Source: Saprolegnia diclina VS20 (Eukaryota). From it: 64,000 nucleotides of DNA. The notes below the pieces were generated by a model that did no database searches, had not been told where the DNA came from, and saw nothing but the letters and a program-made list of their open reading frames with translations. The stretch lies in the NCBI RefSeq assembly GCF_000281045.1, contig NW_008246071.1:66350-130349 (forward strand), in the 5' to 3' direction. Position 1 is the stretch's first letter, and each line of letters starts with the position of its first letter. A program made the translations under genes and the position numbers. Positions 11,861-23,015 of the stretch are shown here, one piece after another.

Positions 11861-13061
11861 ATGGGCGGTGGCATGAAGTTCCTCAACCTCAAGGGGTGGC
11901 ACCCTTCGAACAAGACCAACCAGAAGCGCATCTGGATCGCCGAGCAGAAGGCGCAGGCCAAGGTCGACGCCGAGAAGGACGCGGCCAACGAAATCAAGAA
12001 GGACGCGGAGCTCCTTCGCTTCCAGCAGGTCGACCTTGCCCGATGATGCTGGCAGAACCTCTCATGGCCCACGCAGATTGCAGCCTCCAAGGGTGACGTC
12101 GATGCGCACAAGCGCATTGACTCGCAGAAGGTCTCGTTCATGTACCAGCCGCCGCCGGGGCTCCAAAAGATCAACGAAAAGGTCGACGCGGGCGAGGCCG
12201 ACGACGCCGTCCTGGCCTTTCGCAGCAAGATCGAAAAGAAGGCTGCGGCCAAGGATGCGTCCAAGTCGCAGCGTAACCTCGAGCGATACGTCGGGCGTCG
12301 GCCCAATGAAGCCATCTCCATCAAGGATCAAGTTGGTACTGTTCTATTATCCATCGGCGATGTTCGCCCTTGACATCCTGTGCCATATGCTTGTAGAGCG
12401 CTTTCCCATGCTCAAGGATGCACCCGTCGAAGGCGAGTACACGGGCAACATCCGCGTCAACTTTCAACCCGTCGGTGTCAAGCTCCGGAACGTCAAGTGC
12501 ATCCGCTGCGGCGAGTGGGGCCATCAGTCGGGCGACCGCGAGTGCAGTCTTCGCGAGTTCAATCCCCTCGGTAGCCATCCTTTCTATTCACAACAGCAAA
12601 TAACGTTTGTGCATAGATGCTGCTCGGCAAGCCATGGAAGACCCGATGCAGCTCATCCAAAAGGTCCCATTTGGCTGCAAAAACAGGCGCCTCACGGTAT
12701 GCGTAGATGAACGCGTCGCGCAAGAACGACCTTGTGATGAAGTCGCTCCCGCTCGAGATGCGCACCGAGCTCTCGGGCGAGTTTGAGATCCTTCCGTCCG
12801 ACGACGACGACGCCGCCGCCGGTAGCAACAGTCGTGGAATTGACTTTGACTGCACGCTTGAGTAGATCCCGAGCGCGCGTACCTTGCGTCGCTCTCGTCC
12901 AAAGAAAAGAAGAAGCTGCTCAAAAAGCTCAAGGAAGAGACGGGCGAGTCCTCGTAAGCTCGATATCGTCATCCTCTCACTCATGTTCATGACGTAGGAA
13001 GAAGCGCAAGCACAAGAGTGAGAAGAAGGCCAAGAAGGAGTCCAAGCGCCATCGACACTAA
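11861..13061 (+). CDS. CIR1: CIR1/CWC25-family splicing-associated protein with Cir_N domain and zinc knuckle
   Basis: MKFLNLKGWHPSNKTNQKRIWIAEQK (Cir_N); VSFMYQPPPG; VKCIRCGEWGHQSGDREC zinc knuckle; Lys-rich tail. Confidence 0.75.
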
Positions 13062-13092
13062 CTGTACAAGATATGCGTGTACAGTACTACCA

Positions 13093-14133
13093 TTACGCTG
13101 TCAGTCGGACGACCATCGCGTACTGGTTGGTGTGCACGGGGGCGAGGAGCGCAGCAGGGTCCACGGTCGCCTTGCGGCTCTGGAAGGGATTGAGCTGCGC
13201 CGAGATTGTATAGTGAAGGCGTCCACTGAGCGTCGTCGCGCTTGCCTCCAACGCCGTCAGGTCCCGGTGCAGATCGATGGCGCTGAAGCACGTGATAAGC
13301 AGCGGCTTGCGCGTCGCAAGGGCCATCGAGAGCGTCGGCGCCCAGAGCGAAGAGAGCGCAGGATGGCCCAGCCCTGGGTTGAAGAGCACAAATGCATTGG
13401 GCGACGGCGTCGACGGTGCCATCTCGTGGAAGAGCGAGCTGCTAAAACTCACGTGAACGGCATCGTCGCTGCTTTCGGGCGGAAGCTTCCGGAACACCGG
13501 AACGTGGTTGCCGACCATCTTGAGATGCACACGGTGTGGGTTCAAGACGCCCCACATGTGCTTGGGCATCGTCGCTTCGGCCCGGGCGCCCAGGACGTAC
13601 AGTGCCACACGTTCCTCGCTGGCGGCGCATAGGTCTATATGTAGGATCGTGAGGCTCTCAAACCTCGTCGACACGCTACCTGGAAGGTAATGATGGAGCG
13701 TCATGGGGTACGAGTACGCAGCCGAGAGCAAGCGGATCGCTGCAGGATCACTCAGAGGCGCATCGATCGCCGCCAATAGTGCTTCCCAGGAGGCGTACGT
13801 GTCCGACCCTTTGTGCGCCGCCACTAGAGGGATAGCATCCTGCATGAGACGTGCATTGAAGAGAAGATGCGCAATATTCGTACGTCTCTTGATGGCATCG
13901 TGGAGCGCGGGCGATTTGGCCGCATCGGCGTCGTCCTTGAGCGTCAGGAGCTTGGCGTGGGCGCCAGCATGGTCCCTTTCCAGCGTCGCTGCACAGGCCG
14001 GCGAGCATGCGAGCACATCGCCGCCCTTGCTGCCACCGCAGATCGGGCACGGGAAGCTCCAGTACGTCGGCGGTTGCGAACTAAAGCCTCGTATCGCCGG
14101 CCATCGGCGGCGCCAGACTCGACCAAGCGCCAT
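13093..14133 (-). CDS. MSS51/ZMYND17-like protein, probably mitochondrial
   Basis: Arg-rich presequence-like N-terminus; degenerate MYND (CPIC..CSPAC..H); SYPMTL, VLGARAE, FNPGLGHP, WAPTL, NPF motifs typical of the MSS51 C-terminal domain. Confidence 0.7.
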   Translation of the reverse strand: MALGRVWRRRWPAIRGFSSQPPTYWSFPCPICGGSKGGDVLACSPACAATLERDHAGAHAKLLTLKDDADAAKSPALHDAIKRRTNIAHLLFNARLMQDAIPLVAAHKGSDTYASWEALLAAIDAPLSDPAAIRLLSAAYSYPMTLHHYLPGSVSTRFESLTILHIDLCAASEERVALYVLGARAEATMPKHMWGVLNPHRVHLKMVGNHVPVFRKLPPESSDDAVHVSFSSSLFHEMAPSTPSPNAFVLFNPGLGHPALSSLWAPTLSMALATRKPLLITCFSAIDLHRDLTALEASATTLSGRLHYTISAQLNPFQSRKATVDPAALLAPVHTNQYAMVVRLTA

Positions 14134-14417
14134 TGCACTCGACTGTGATCCAGATGTACACTATATTCAACGATTTACACTATTTGAATGATTTTACCTA
14201 GCCGTGAGCCGCAACTTGTCGGCGCGCGTGTGCAAGGTGGCCAACCGGTGACAACGTCGAGTGCACGTGCACAAGCAGTAGAGGTATCTATCGGCCACCA
14301 AAGGAATCCAAGACAAAGTGTTTGAGCTATAGCATCAAATGAGCGTTTCGACTATATGACACTATTTACTTGTAAAAAACGTAATAGTGTGTGTGCGGCA
14401 GACCCAAAGACGAAGCG

Positions 14418-16162
14418 ATGGAGATTGCGGGCGAGGATGTCATCCGGCTCATGCAGCAGTTCCTGCGCGAGCACAAGCTGTACGAGACGCTGCACACGCT
14501 CCAGCGCGAGAGCCAAGTGACGCTGAACGCCGTCGACTCGGCGGATGCGCTCCTGAGTGACATCACCTTTGGCAAGTGGGACCGCGTTTTGCTGCAGACG
14601 CAGCACCTGCACCTGCCGACGCCCGTCATGGTCGACCTCTACGAGCAGATCGCGCTCGAGATGGCCGAGCTTGGCGAGTTTAGCGTTGCTAAGGAGCTTC
14701 TCACGTTGGCCGCGCCGCTCCAAGCGCTCAAGGAATCCGATATCACGCGCTTCAACCAGCTCGATCGCCTCACTGCACCACGGGCCACGTTCGACGCCAA
14801 AACGGCCTACGCCGGCGCGAGCAAGGAGACCAAGCGTGACGAGCTCGCGCATCGCATCAAGAAGCATGTGACGACGGTGCCGCCCTCGCGGCTCCTGACG
14901 CTCCTCGGGCAAGCGCTCAAGTTTCAGCAGCTCAGCGGCGTCCTCCCGTCCGAGCTCGATCTGTTCCAGAACGCGGCCAAGCGACTCAAGGTGGACCGCA
15001 CGGAAGAGAAGATCCAGGCACCCCACGGCAAGATCAAGTTCAGCAAGGCGTCGTGCCCGCAGACGGCGCAGTTTAGCGCCGACGGTACACGATATATATA
15101 TTCTCTTTTGCATGCTCATGACGCTGTGCAGGTAGCATGCTCATCACGGGCACGAAGGATGGGTTCGTCGAGGCATGGGACTTTGACAAGTGCGAGCTCA
15201 AGAAGGACCTCGAGTACCAAGCGCGGGTACGAGGCTGCACGCGTATGACGTCGCAGCCGACGCAATGCTAGGACGACTTTATGATGCACGAAGTGGGCGT
15301 GTCGGCCGAGGCGTTTAGCCGCGACGGCGATCTCCTCGCGACGGCCAGTGTGGACGGCAAGGTCAAGGTGTGGAAGATCTCGACCGGGCAGTGCCTCCGC
15401 CGCTTTGAACACGCGCACGGCAACAGTATTCACAGCATTTGCTTCTCGCGCGACGGCACCCAGCTCCTCACCTCGTCCTTCGACCAGCTCGTTCGGTACC
15501 AACCACTTCCTCCATGCTCCAGGCTTGCATCATGGATCCCGATATTAGGCTGCATGGGCTCAAGTCGGGCCAGACCCTCAAGGAGTTCCACGGCCACGAC
15601 GGATACGTCAACCACGCGGTCTTTTCGTCTGATGCGTCCAAGGTCATCTCGGCCTCGTGCGACGGCACGCTCAAGGTACGCCACGTCATTTCGCAGCAGT
15701 TGTTCTATCGCACTGTCGTAGATCTGGGATGTCAAGAGCGCGTCGTGTGTGGCGACGATGCGCCCGCCGCACGCCGCCGCCGGTGTCGAGATGGACGTGC
15801 TCAGCGTGCTCACTGTACCGACGCTCAAGGACGCATTGTTGCTCTGCACCCGTTCCAAAGCGCTACATTTGATCAACTTCCACGGCGACTCGCTGCGTGC
15901 GTTTGTCGATCCGTTCGATGCGATCGAACCGAAGGGCGACTTTGTCGGCGCCGTGCTCTCGCCGAAAGGCACGTTCCTCTACGGCCTCACGGAGAAGGGC
16001 TACGTGCTCTGCTTTGCGCTCGCAAGCGGGACCCTCGAGCACGCGATGCAGGTCTGCAACGGCGAAGTCTTTGGCATCGCCCACCACCCGCACCGCAACG
16101 TGCTCGCGACGTACGGCAACGATGGCTACGTGCGTCTCTGGACCGCCGGGAGTTTGGATTAA
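14418..16162 (+). CDS. SMU1: WD40 repeat spliceosomal protein SMU1, multi-exon
   Basis: LisH/CTLH N-terminus EDVIRLMQQFLREHKL..LQRESQVTLNAVDS; VPPSRLLTLLGQALK; TGQCLRRFEHAH; HGLKSGQTLKEFHGH; HHPHRN. Confidence 0.93.
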
Positions 16163-16199
16163 TTCATAAAGAGAACCGCAGCGGGCGACGCCTCTAGGA

Positions 16200-17003
16200 A
16201 CATGGTGAAAACGATGGCTAGTGCAACGGGTCGGTGTACGGGCGACGGGGGGGCGTGTCTCGAGAGCGACCGACGCTGGCATCTCGAGATGATTGCCCGA
16301 TGCGTCCGGTACCACCTCGGACATCTACATGAACCGATGCAGTCAGATCGATCCAGGCCAAGCTACGGTGGAATCGAAAACCATGGACAGCGTCGGAACT
16401 GCAAACGTCGGTGGCGTCGCTGGACGTGCGTCGGCGCCTAAGATGCAATAAGTATTGTCCACCACCGACGGGGCGTGTACGAGGAGGACTCTCGGCAGTT
16501 GTGCGTGCGTCTTGGAGCGCTGCGACGATGCCGTAGACCAGCGGGATCTGGTTGTAGCGCGGGTCTTCCGCAACTGCAAGCTGTGAGTATGTATATTGAG
16601 GCTACGAGGACGACGTACTGTGGAGCTCGTGGGCGAGGAAGCGGCGCTGGAATGGGCGCTCGAGTGGCTGGCCCGACTCGGGCAGGAAGACCGAGAGCGT
16701 GTGGCGATACCCGTTATACTCCAAGTACTCGCGGATAAGTTCGTTGATGATCAGGTTTTCGTTCGAGAGCTTGGGCTTCACGCCGCCCTACTTGACAATC
16801 AGTGCAAATGACGGCGTGGCGGCCTCACACCTCGTCCAAGGCTTGGAAGATCTCGGCGCGCAGCCGCGCTTTGATCGGACCCAGCGAGCCCCGCGCTTCG
16901 AGCGTCTCCTTAAGCGCTACGCCAGACCGTCGTCTGAGCTTCGTCGGGTCATACGTGGCAGCCTACCGTCCTTCAGGTCGCCCAGCGAGAGCGTCTCGTC
17001 CAT
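16200..17003 (-). CDS. CEP20: FOP N-terminal-like LisH centriolar protein (FOR20/CEP20); 3' end uncertain
   Basis: Spliced reading MDETLSLGDLKD-ALKETLEARGSLGPIKARLRAEIFQALDE..KPKLSNENLIINELIREYLEYNGYRHTLSVFLPESGQP; not captured by the ORF track. Confidence 0.82.
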
Positions 17004-17190
17004 GTTGCACTTTGATTTGAGATCCGGTTACCGTATCCGGAAGATCGCATAAAAGCCAACTACCTGTGCATCTTGGTCAGATCCCAACGTTGCCGATGGT
17101 CCGGACCCGAGCGATGACGCGGGCGCCCGACGTGGAGCTCACCGACGTCCAGCGCTACGAGGCCGCGCTTGCGCTCGTCAAGCCTCAGAC

Positions 17191-17275
17191 GCTGGATCGA
17201 CCGGCGCGGCCAAGAAGAAGCTGTGGCGCGGTCGGCTGGATCGACCGGCGCGGCCAAGAAGAAGCTGTGGCGCGG
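17191..17275 (+). repeat. 44-bp tandem duplication (about 2 copies)
   Basis: gctggatcgaccggcgcggccaagaagaagctgtggcgcgg starts at 17191 and again at 17235. Confidence 0.9.
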
Positions 17276-17782
17276 AACCGGAGCATCCGGTTAATCGCCT
17301 CTCATTATCCGGATTGTCAACAGCAACGAATTCTGGGTCCTTGCGTGGGTCGCGCCATTGCTTGGCAGCTTGCAAGACCCAAAGCTCTTGGGAAATAAAA
17401 GACGTTGGCTCAAAAGTGTGCGCTTCATTGTCCGAGTACGTTGAAGATGCTATTATAGGATGTTGGCGCAAGCGATTTCCACTTGGACCAGCAGGGACAC
17501 ATGACAAAGTCCCAGGACCAAGGTTCAAGCTGCGCAATCGTGTCGTCCTGCTTTGCGAGACGGCTCTCTGCATGGAAGAGATCTACCTGGAGCTGCTCGA
17601 CAGGTTTCTTCATGGTGGCGTTGAAAGCGCATTTTGACATGGCTGTATTCAGTGGAATATAAACTACCCTTTCCCAAACGACGACTACACGGCTACACAC
17701 CTCGCACTAGGACCATTCGGGCAAAAGAGATGGGAAGCAGAATCAAGAATAAAGTCTGCGATCTGTGCAGATCAAAGATCCT

Positions 17783-19243
17783 TTATGGTGAAGTGACGGG
17801 GCTCTCGAGCAAAATCCCTCTGGCATGCGCGTAGCGGTATCGAACGTGGCGCTTCTTGGCTTCAGTCTCAAACGTCTCGCTGTCAAGAGACGGCAGGACA
17901 TGACGCGAGTGCTTCGCCCAAGGCCAAGTAGCTGTGCACGGACAGCGGAGCGCCACCGAGAGTAAGGCTGGAGCCAAAATGGCTCGTCGTGCGAGGAAGA
18001 GCAGCCGCCAGCGCCATGACAGCTGCGTCGTTAATGGAGTCGTCTTTAAAGAGGATCGATGTGGCGCCGCGATGGATCCAGTCGGGCGCTGCATCGACCA
18101 AGATTCGGCGGGTTGCAATCGAAGGACAGAAAACCGAGCATTCGATCCATGCGAGCTCGTCGAGGATGCGTAGTTGGGAGATGCTGGCTGCAAGCAATTC
18201 CCACATATTCGAGGTGCGCGTCATGCGGACAAACGTGACGCGCCGAAGCGTCGAAGGGAGCACCACAGTCGTTGGCGACGGCCCATCGAGGAATCCATCA
18301 ACCAGTTCCATGTGTTCCAGCGCTGGAAGTGTCGACAGCGGGGGAAGAAGTTTGCAAAAGTCTTCGCTATCGCATTCGAGGCTGAGCGTGCGAAGCTTCG
18401 TGACGTCGAGGTGCTGCAGAAAGCGCACCAACACGGGCATGTCTTCTGGGTGCGTTGACACGCGTAAGCTTGTCAAACGAGAGAATGAGGGCGCGACGGC
18501 AAGGAGCGGCGCAAGGAGCCCGAGCCAAGGGAGACAAGCTCGAGACTCGAGAGTGCCGTGGTCTTGAGAAGCATCGGAACAAACGCTGGGTTCACCTCAT
18601 CTTCGGTCGCAAAGAACGAAAAGGCCAAGTGCTCTGCGTGGCCCGACGATAACCAACGGTCCAGAGTCGCGAAGTCGAACTCGAAGATATAGCAATCGAC
18701 GCTGATCGAGCGGACGCGGTGCGCCGGCGTCGTGACAGCCTCCATGATCTCTTCGGCTTCGGTCGCCTCTCTGACGTCGACAGCGACGAGGTTCGTACAC
18801 TCACGCAGAACGTCGCAGAGGTCCGGATAGTTAAAGAGCGCGTCGTTTTCAACTTGCTTGTAGTGTGTGATCTTGGCGCTCCACAGACGAAGCCACTCGA
18901 CGGCGTCGAGATCACTTAGTCGAGCAGCAAGCTAGGTCCCAGCGCTGGCGGGGAAAGATAAGCATCGCATCACCAGACCGGTGGCTGCAGATGTGATCAC
19001 ATCGAGGCGAAGCAGAGGCCAGAGCGCACCCAGAGGCTTTGGCTCCGTTGGCAGAACGTGATGTTGCGCGGCTTGTAGGAGCTCATGACGCGCGGCCAGC
19101 GCGATGCTGCGAGCCGACGCCGGGAGCACAGCGAGGAGGGCTTTCACGTCCTCGGCAGCAGGGACACACTGGACGATGACCACAAGGACGTGGTCGAGGT
19201 CCAGCACCGTCGACAAGGCCGCAGCTTGGCGCTTGTTGCTCAT
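17783..19243 (-). pseudogene. Lineage-expanded LRR-like hypothetical gene, apparently frameshifted
   Basis: Consecutive ORF fragments in different frames (MSNKRQAAALSTVLDLDHVLVVIVQC..LWP; LRTLSLEC..LPALEHMEL..; ALAAALPR); no clear introns at the joins. Confidence 0.5.
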
Positions 19244-19893
19244 GCTGGATCGTTTGGTGTCCCGAAACTCTCCCTCCAATTCAATCTCAACACTATGAAA
19301 CTCAATCGTGTATTTCTCAAAATCGGTGCAAAAACACAAACTTTGACGTTGGGTATCAAGTACAACGCTGTCGTCGCCACCGACGAGTTGTACAATAGCA
19401 TTGCACAAAGCTCTCACCACGGATGCTCCTGGTCATGTGCAGCCGCAAGCATCCGATGTGGCTCCTGCAAAATGGCGCCAAATGTTCGTCGAGCGCCGGT
19501 GCAATCGAGTCAAGTGCGCTCAGGAGCAACGGCGACAGCTTGCGCCATGTGATGTGGCCAGTCCTGGGCATGCAGGCCAAGACATCGGTTTGGAAGATCA
19601 TTGCGAGGTTCGAGACGCACGAGCTGCCGACACCGACCAACAATTTGGAACGCGGTGACGACGTCAAGGCTGATACCAAGGTGTCACTGAGCGAGATGTA
19701 GTCGGGCGCTGTAGAAAGAAAACGACCTCGACGTCAGGACAGCGCAGTAAGAACACATCAATTGGGGATAGCACCAGCGCAGACGTTGATCCCCTTTTAC
19801 TGATGGCTTCGTACCACTTGAATGGTTGGGACCACACCGACGCCTTGTCGCCGACGATGTCAGATTTCCATTGCCTCCGACATCAACACTACG

Positions 19894-20313
19894 ATGCAGA
19901 TCCCCTTGCTCGCTATGCTGTGCGCCTTTGCGGTCGCTGGTGCTGCTCCAAACGACGCTGCACCGACCGATGGCGTGACCCCAAGCAACGATCCTCCAGC
20001 TCCAGCTGCCGAGGCCAACCCGAGCGGTGACGCCAAAGCCACTCCGAGCGACGAATGGGGCCGTGGCGGTGGTCGTGGCATGCATCGTGGCGGCGGCTGG
20101 GGTCATGGTCACTGGGGTCATGGTCGCTGGGGTCATGGTCGCTGGGGTCCCGGTCGTTGGGGACCTGGTCGTTGGGGTCCTGGTCGCTGGGGTCCAGGTG
20201 GCTGGGGTCCTGGTGGCTGGGGTCCTGGTGGCTGGGGTCCTGGTGGCTGGGGTCCTGGTGGCTGGTACCCCACATTGTGCGACCAGTGGGGCAACTGCGG
20301 TGGCGGCTGGTAG
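19894..20313 (+). CDS. Small secreted Gly/Trp/Pro-rich repeat protein
   Basis: Signal-peptide-like MQIPLLAMLCAFAVAGA; acidic Pro/Ala spacer; 11 WG(H/P)G(H/R/G) repeats; C-terminal Cys pair. Confidence 0.8.
   Translation: MQIPLLAMLCAFAVAGAAPNDAAPTDGVTPSNDPPAPAAEANPSGDAKATPSDEWGRGGGRGMHRGGGWGHGHWGHGRWGHGRWGPGRWGPGRWGPGRWGPGGWGPGGWGPGGWGPGGWGPGGWYPTLCDQWGNCGGGW
20098..20265 (+). repeat. Coding 15-bp tandem repeat x11 (tggggtc(a/c)tggtcgc / tggggtcctggtggc)
   Basis: Directly visible; units grade from WGHGH/WGHGR to WGPGR to WGPGG. Confidence 0.95.
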
Positions 20314-20594
20314 TCGTAATTTCCTCTCAACACGATTTTTTCCTTGAGCGCTTGAAATACTTGTGCTTTGCACAATTTAGAAAGCACGTCGTCTACTTTT
20401 TCGCTGTGTTTAGTACAGTGACAGCCGTTGAACCTATTTTATTGCAGCTTTCCATTGCTCTAGGTATCAATACTGTATTTATATAAACGGGTTGTGGATA
20501 GGGTTGTCTCGGATCGTACGCAGCATAATCGTACGAACAAGGGATCGTATATAAACCATAGTCGGACGGTACCACCTCTTTCAACTCTAGAAAA

Positions 20595-22413
20595 CTACGC
20601 TGTCGGACTGGCGAGCGCAATGACGAGGCGACGTGCCTTCTTGGAGAACGTGGGGCGCGTCGTAGCATTGTCTACGGCCCACGGCAGGGCGACTTGAAGG
20701 CGGTAGATGCCGGGGACAACAAACTGCAGCACGTCGCTCGAGATATCCAGCGCCATGTCTTTCACCGATGAAAGAGCCGGCGTGTGGATTGTGAGCGTCA
20801 TCTTTGCATTGTCCATGGTCGAGATCAGCTCGTAATGCGGTGTGGCTTCGGTCGTCCCACAAGGGGTTGTCTTGACTGCACTCTCTTCAATCGGGGGCAC
20901 TGGTTCGAGCGTCTCTACTGCATTCTGGTACCGTGTCTGGTTCTGGTTTGCCTCAGAATCACTGGCGTCGTTTTGCTTGTCCTTGACGTCCTTGTTGACG
21001 TCAGCAGCTTCAATACGGTCCACCGGTGACGACCTTTTCTGTTGCAGAAGCTTGCAGCGGGCCGCTTGCTCCTTGGACAAGACCATGCCGCGAAAATAGT
21101 GCCGTCCGACCCGGTCAATGAGGTGGGTGTCGTCAACTTCGGCATCGAGGAGTGCTGCAAGGTGCTTGTCATCCCCGAGGGCGAGTGTTTGCTGCCGCGT
21201 CCGGTCACCGCCTTGGATCGCGTACACAAAGCTGTTGGCGCGACTCCACGCCGACTCGCGCTTGCCGTCTTCGTGCAAATGCGACGCCGCCGAGAACGGG
21301 TTGTCGCGCGGCAGATAGACCATGTTCGACCCGAGCACGCGCGTATGCACGGCAAACTCGCCGTTCATATCTACGAGGACATAGTATGGTAAGAAGCGTC
21401 CTGAGATGAGGTCAATGACAAGCACCAGCATAATCGTTCGCGCACGCAAAGATAGCGAGGAGGCCGGACGCGACGATGTCGTAGAGGTCGGGAAGCCAGC
21501 TCCAGAGCAAATCGTAGCGGCCCGACTCGACAAAGTTGCCAAAGCCCGTGTTGTACCCGATGACGACGGTCGTCGCGACGTCGACGTCGTGGCTTGCCAG
21601 GAAGCTGCCAGTTGTCCCACGATAGGCATGGGCAGTAACCCGGCTCCCGGCCGTACCACCATGAACGCTCAGTGAGACTTCGGGTCCGATGAACCAGACG
21701 TCAAAGGAGCGGTCTATACATGCCGATGTTCACACCCTGGCATTGCTGCCTCCGCCTATGCTACCTGGGTAAAAAGCCGAGATCTCCGCCCAATAGTTGG
21801 TGTGGGCCCAAATACGCTGCTCGGCCTTGACGGTCGCGCCAACAACGAGGATGGTGACAGTTCGCCCTGATGGCCAAGCTGCCTCGGCGTTGAGGAGCTT
21901 GGTCATGTACACCAACGTCATTGGGAACGAGAGCGCATCCAGAAACGACGGATCGCTCGTTGCCCACGGCAGCAAACTGGTCGCATGGCACTGCCCCAAA
22001 TAGCCCTGCCAGCCGGTCGTCAATGGGGCCGTTGGCGCGGCGGCTCCATGGCGTCGTGGCAAGGCTGGAAATCGTTTGTGTTCGGTCCACCGAAACGAAC
22101 CGCTGTACATACCTACACCAATGACGTGCATGTCACTGTGCCTCATAGAGGGGACAAATGTCGACTGCCCATACCGTCGCCGCGCTGATCGAGGGCGAGC
22201 TCGGGCTGCATGTTTCTCCAAATGCTCCGATGGGGATTTGTGGCCGCGACCTTTCAAGATCGGAACAAAGTGCAACTTGGATCTTGGCGTTTCATGGACG
22301 CTGGCCTTTCGCATCCGCCCTGTCGCGAAGCAGTGGATGCCATAGAAGGTGCATCCGCCCATCGCTGTCACCTCCGGCGGCATGTGTACGTAAGTCATTG
22401 GTAATAGCTCCAT
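20595..22413 (-). CDS. MSS51-C-like domain protein with C-terminal PIH1 CS-like domain; multi-exon, start uncertain
   Basis: DALSFPMTL, ILVVGATVKAE and DNPF motifs resemble the MSS51-like gene at 13093; C-terminus LTIHTPALSSVKDMALDIS..YRLQVALPWAVD..FSKKARRLVIAL fits a PIH1 CS domain. Confidence 0.55.
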
Positions 22414-23015
22414 CTCGCTGCCAAAGGCGCCCAGGCCTCTGCAAGAGCCAAAGCAAGTCCGACGACGCCGGCGCCGTTACCCACCCATGTACCCGTAGCG
22501 CCAGCGACTTGGTGGCACTATGGCGCTGCCCATCTCCTAGCATATACACACCTCGGTCCGCTCGTCTTCGGCGTGTAATCTCGTTCCCTTGCGCTGGCCA
22601 CGGCGGTCGACGCGCTCGAAGTTACGGGTGTCTTCGAGCCCACGTGGTTTTTCGCAACACCACGGCCGAATAATACTATACATATATTCTTTTCTTGCAT
22701 ACAAATGTCAAGCTGTCAGACGCGACATGGAATAAAAAGCCGCGTTTCTACACATGGCTTCGAACTTCGAGGGCCACTCATTTATACAGTGCGTAACTAC
22801 TAAGTCTATACAAAGATTGACTGGAAATAAAATGCCGAGCAAATAAAATGTTGTGTGAAACCAGCTGGCAGCATACTGAGGCGAAGAGAAGGCTCGTGTG
22901 TAATCGCAGATTCAGTCGCCGGCAGCAGCAGAGTCACTTCGACTGCTACTCACCGAGCCGCTACGCCCACGCACGCGCTTGGTACCTGCCCGTCATCTCC
23001 CCATTGCTGGCACGC

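Noticed and set aside
20098..20265. Regular short repeats that could suggest a CRISPR array
   Set aside because: No spacers; in-frame coding 15-mers in a eukaryotic gene
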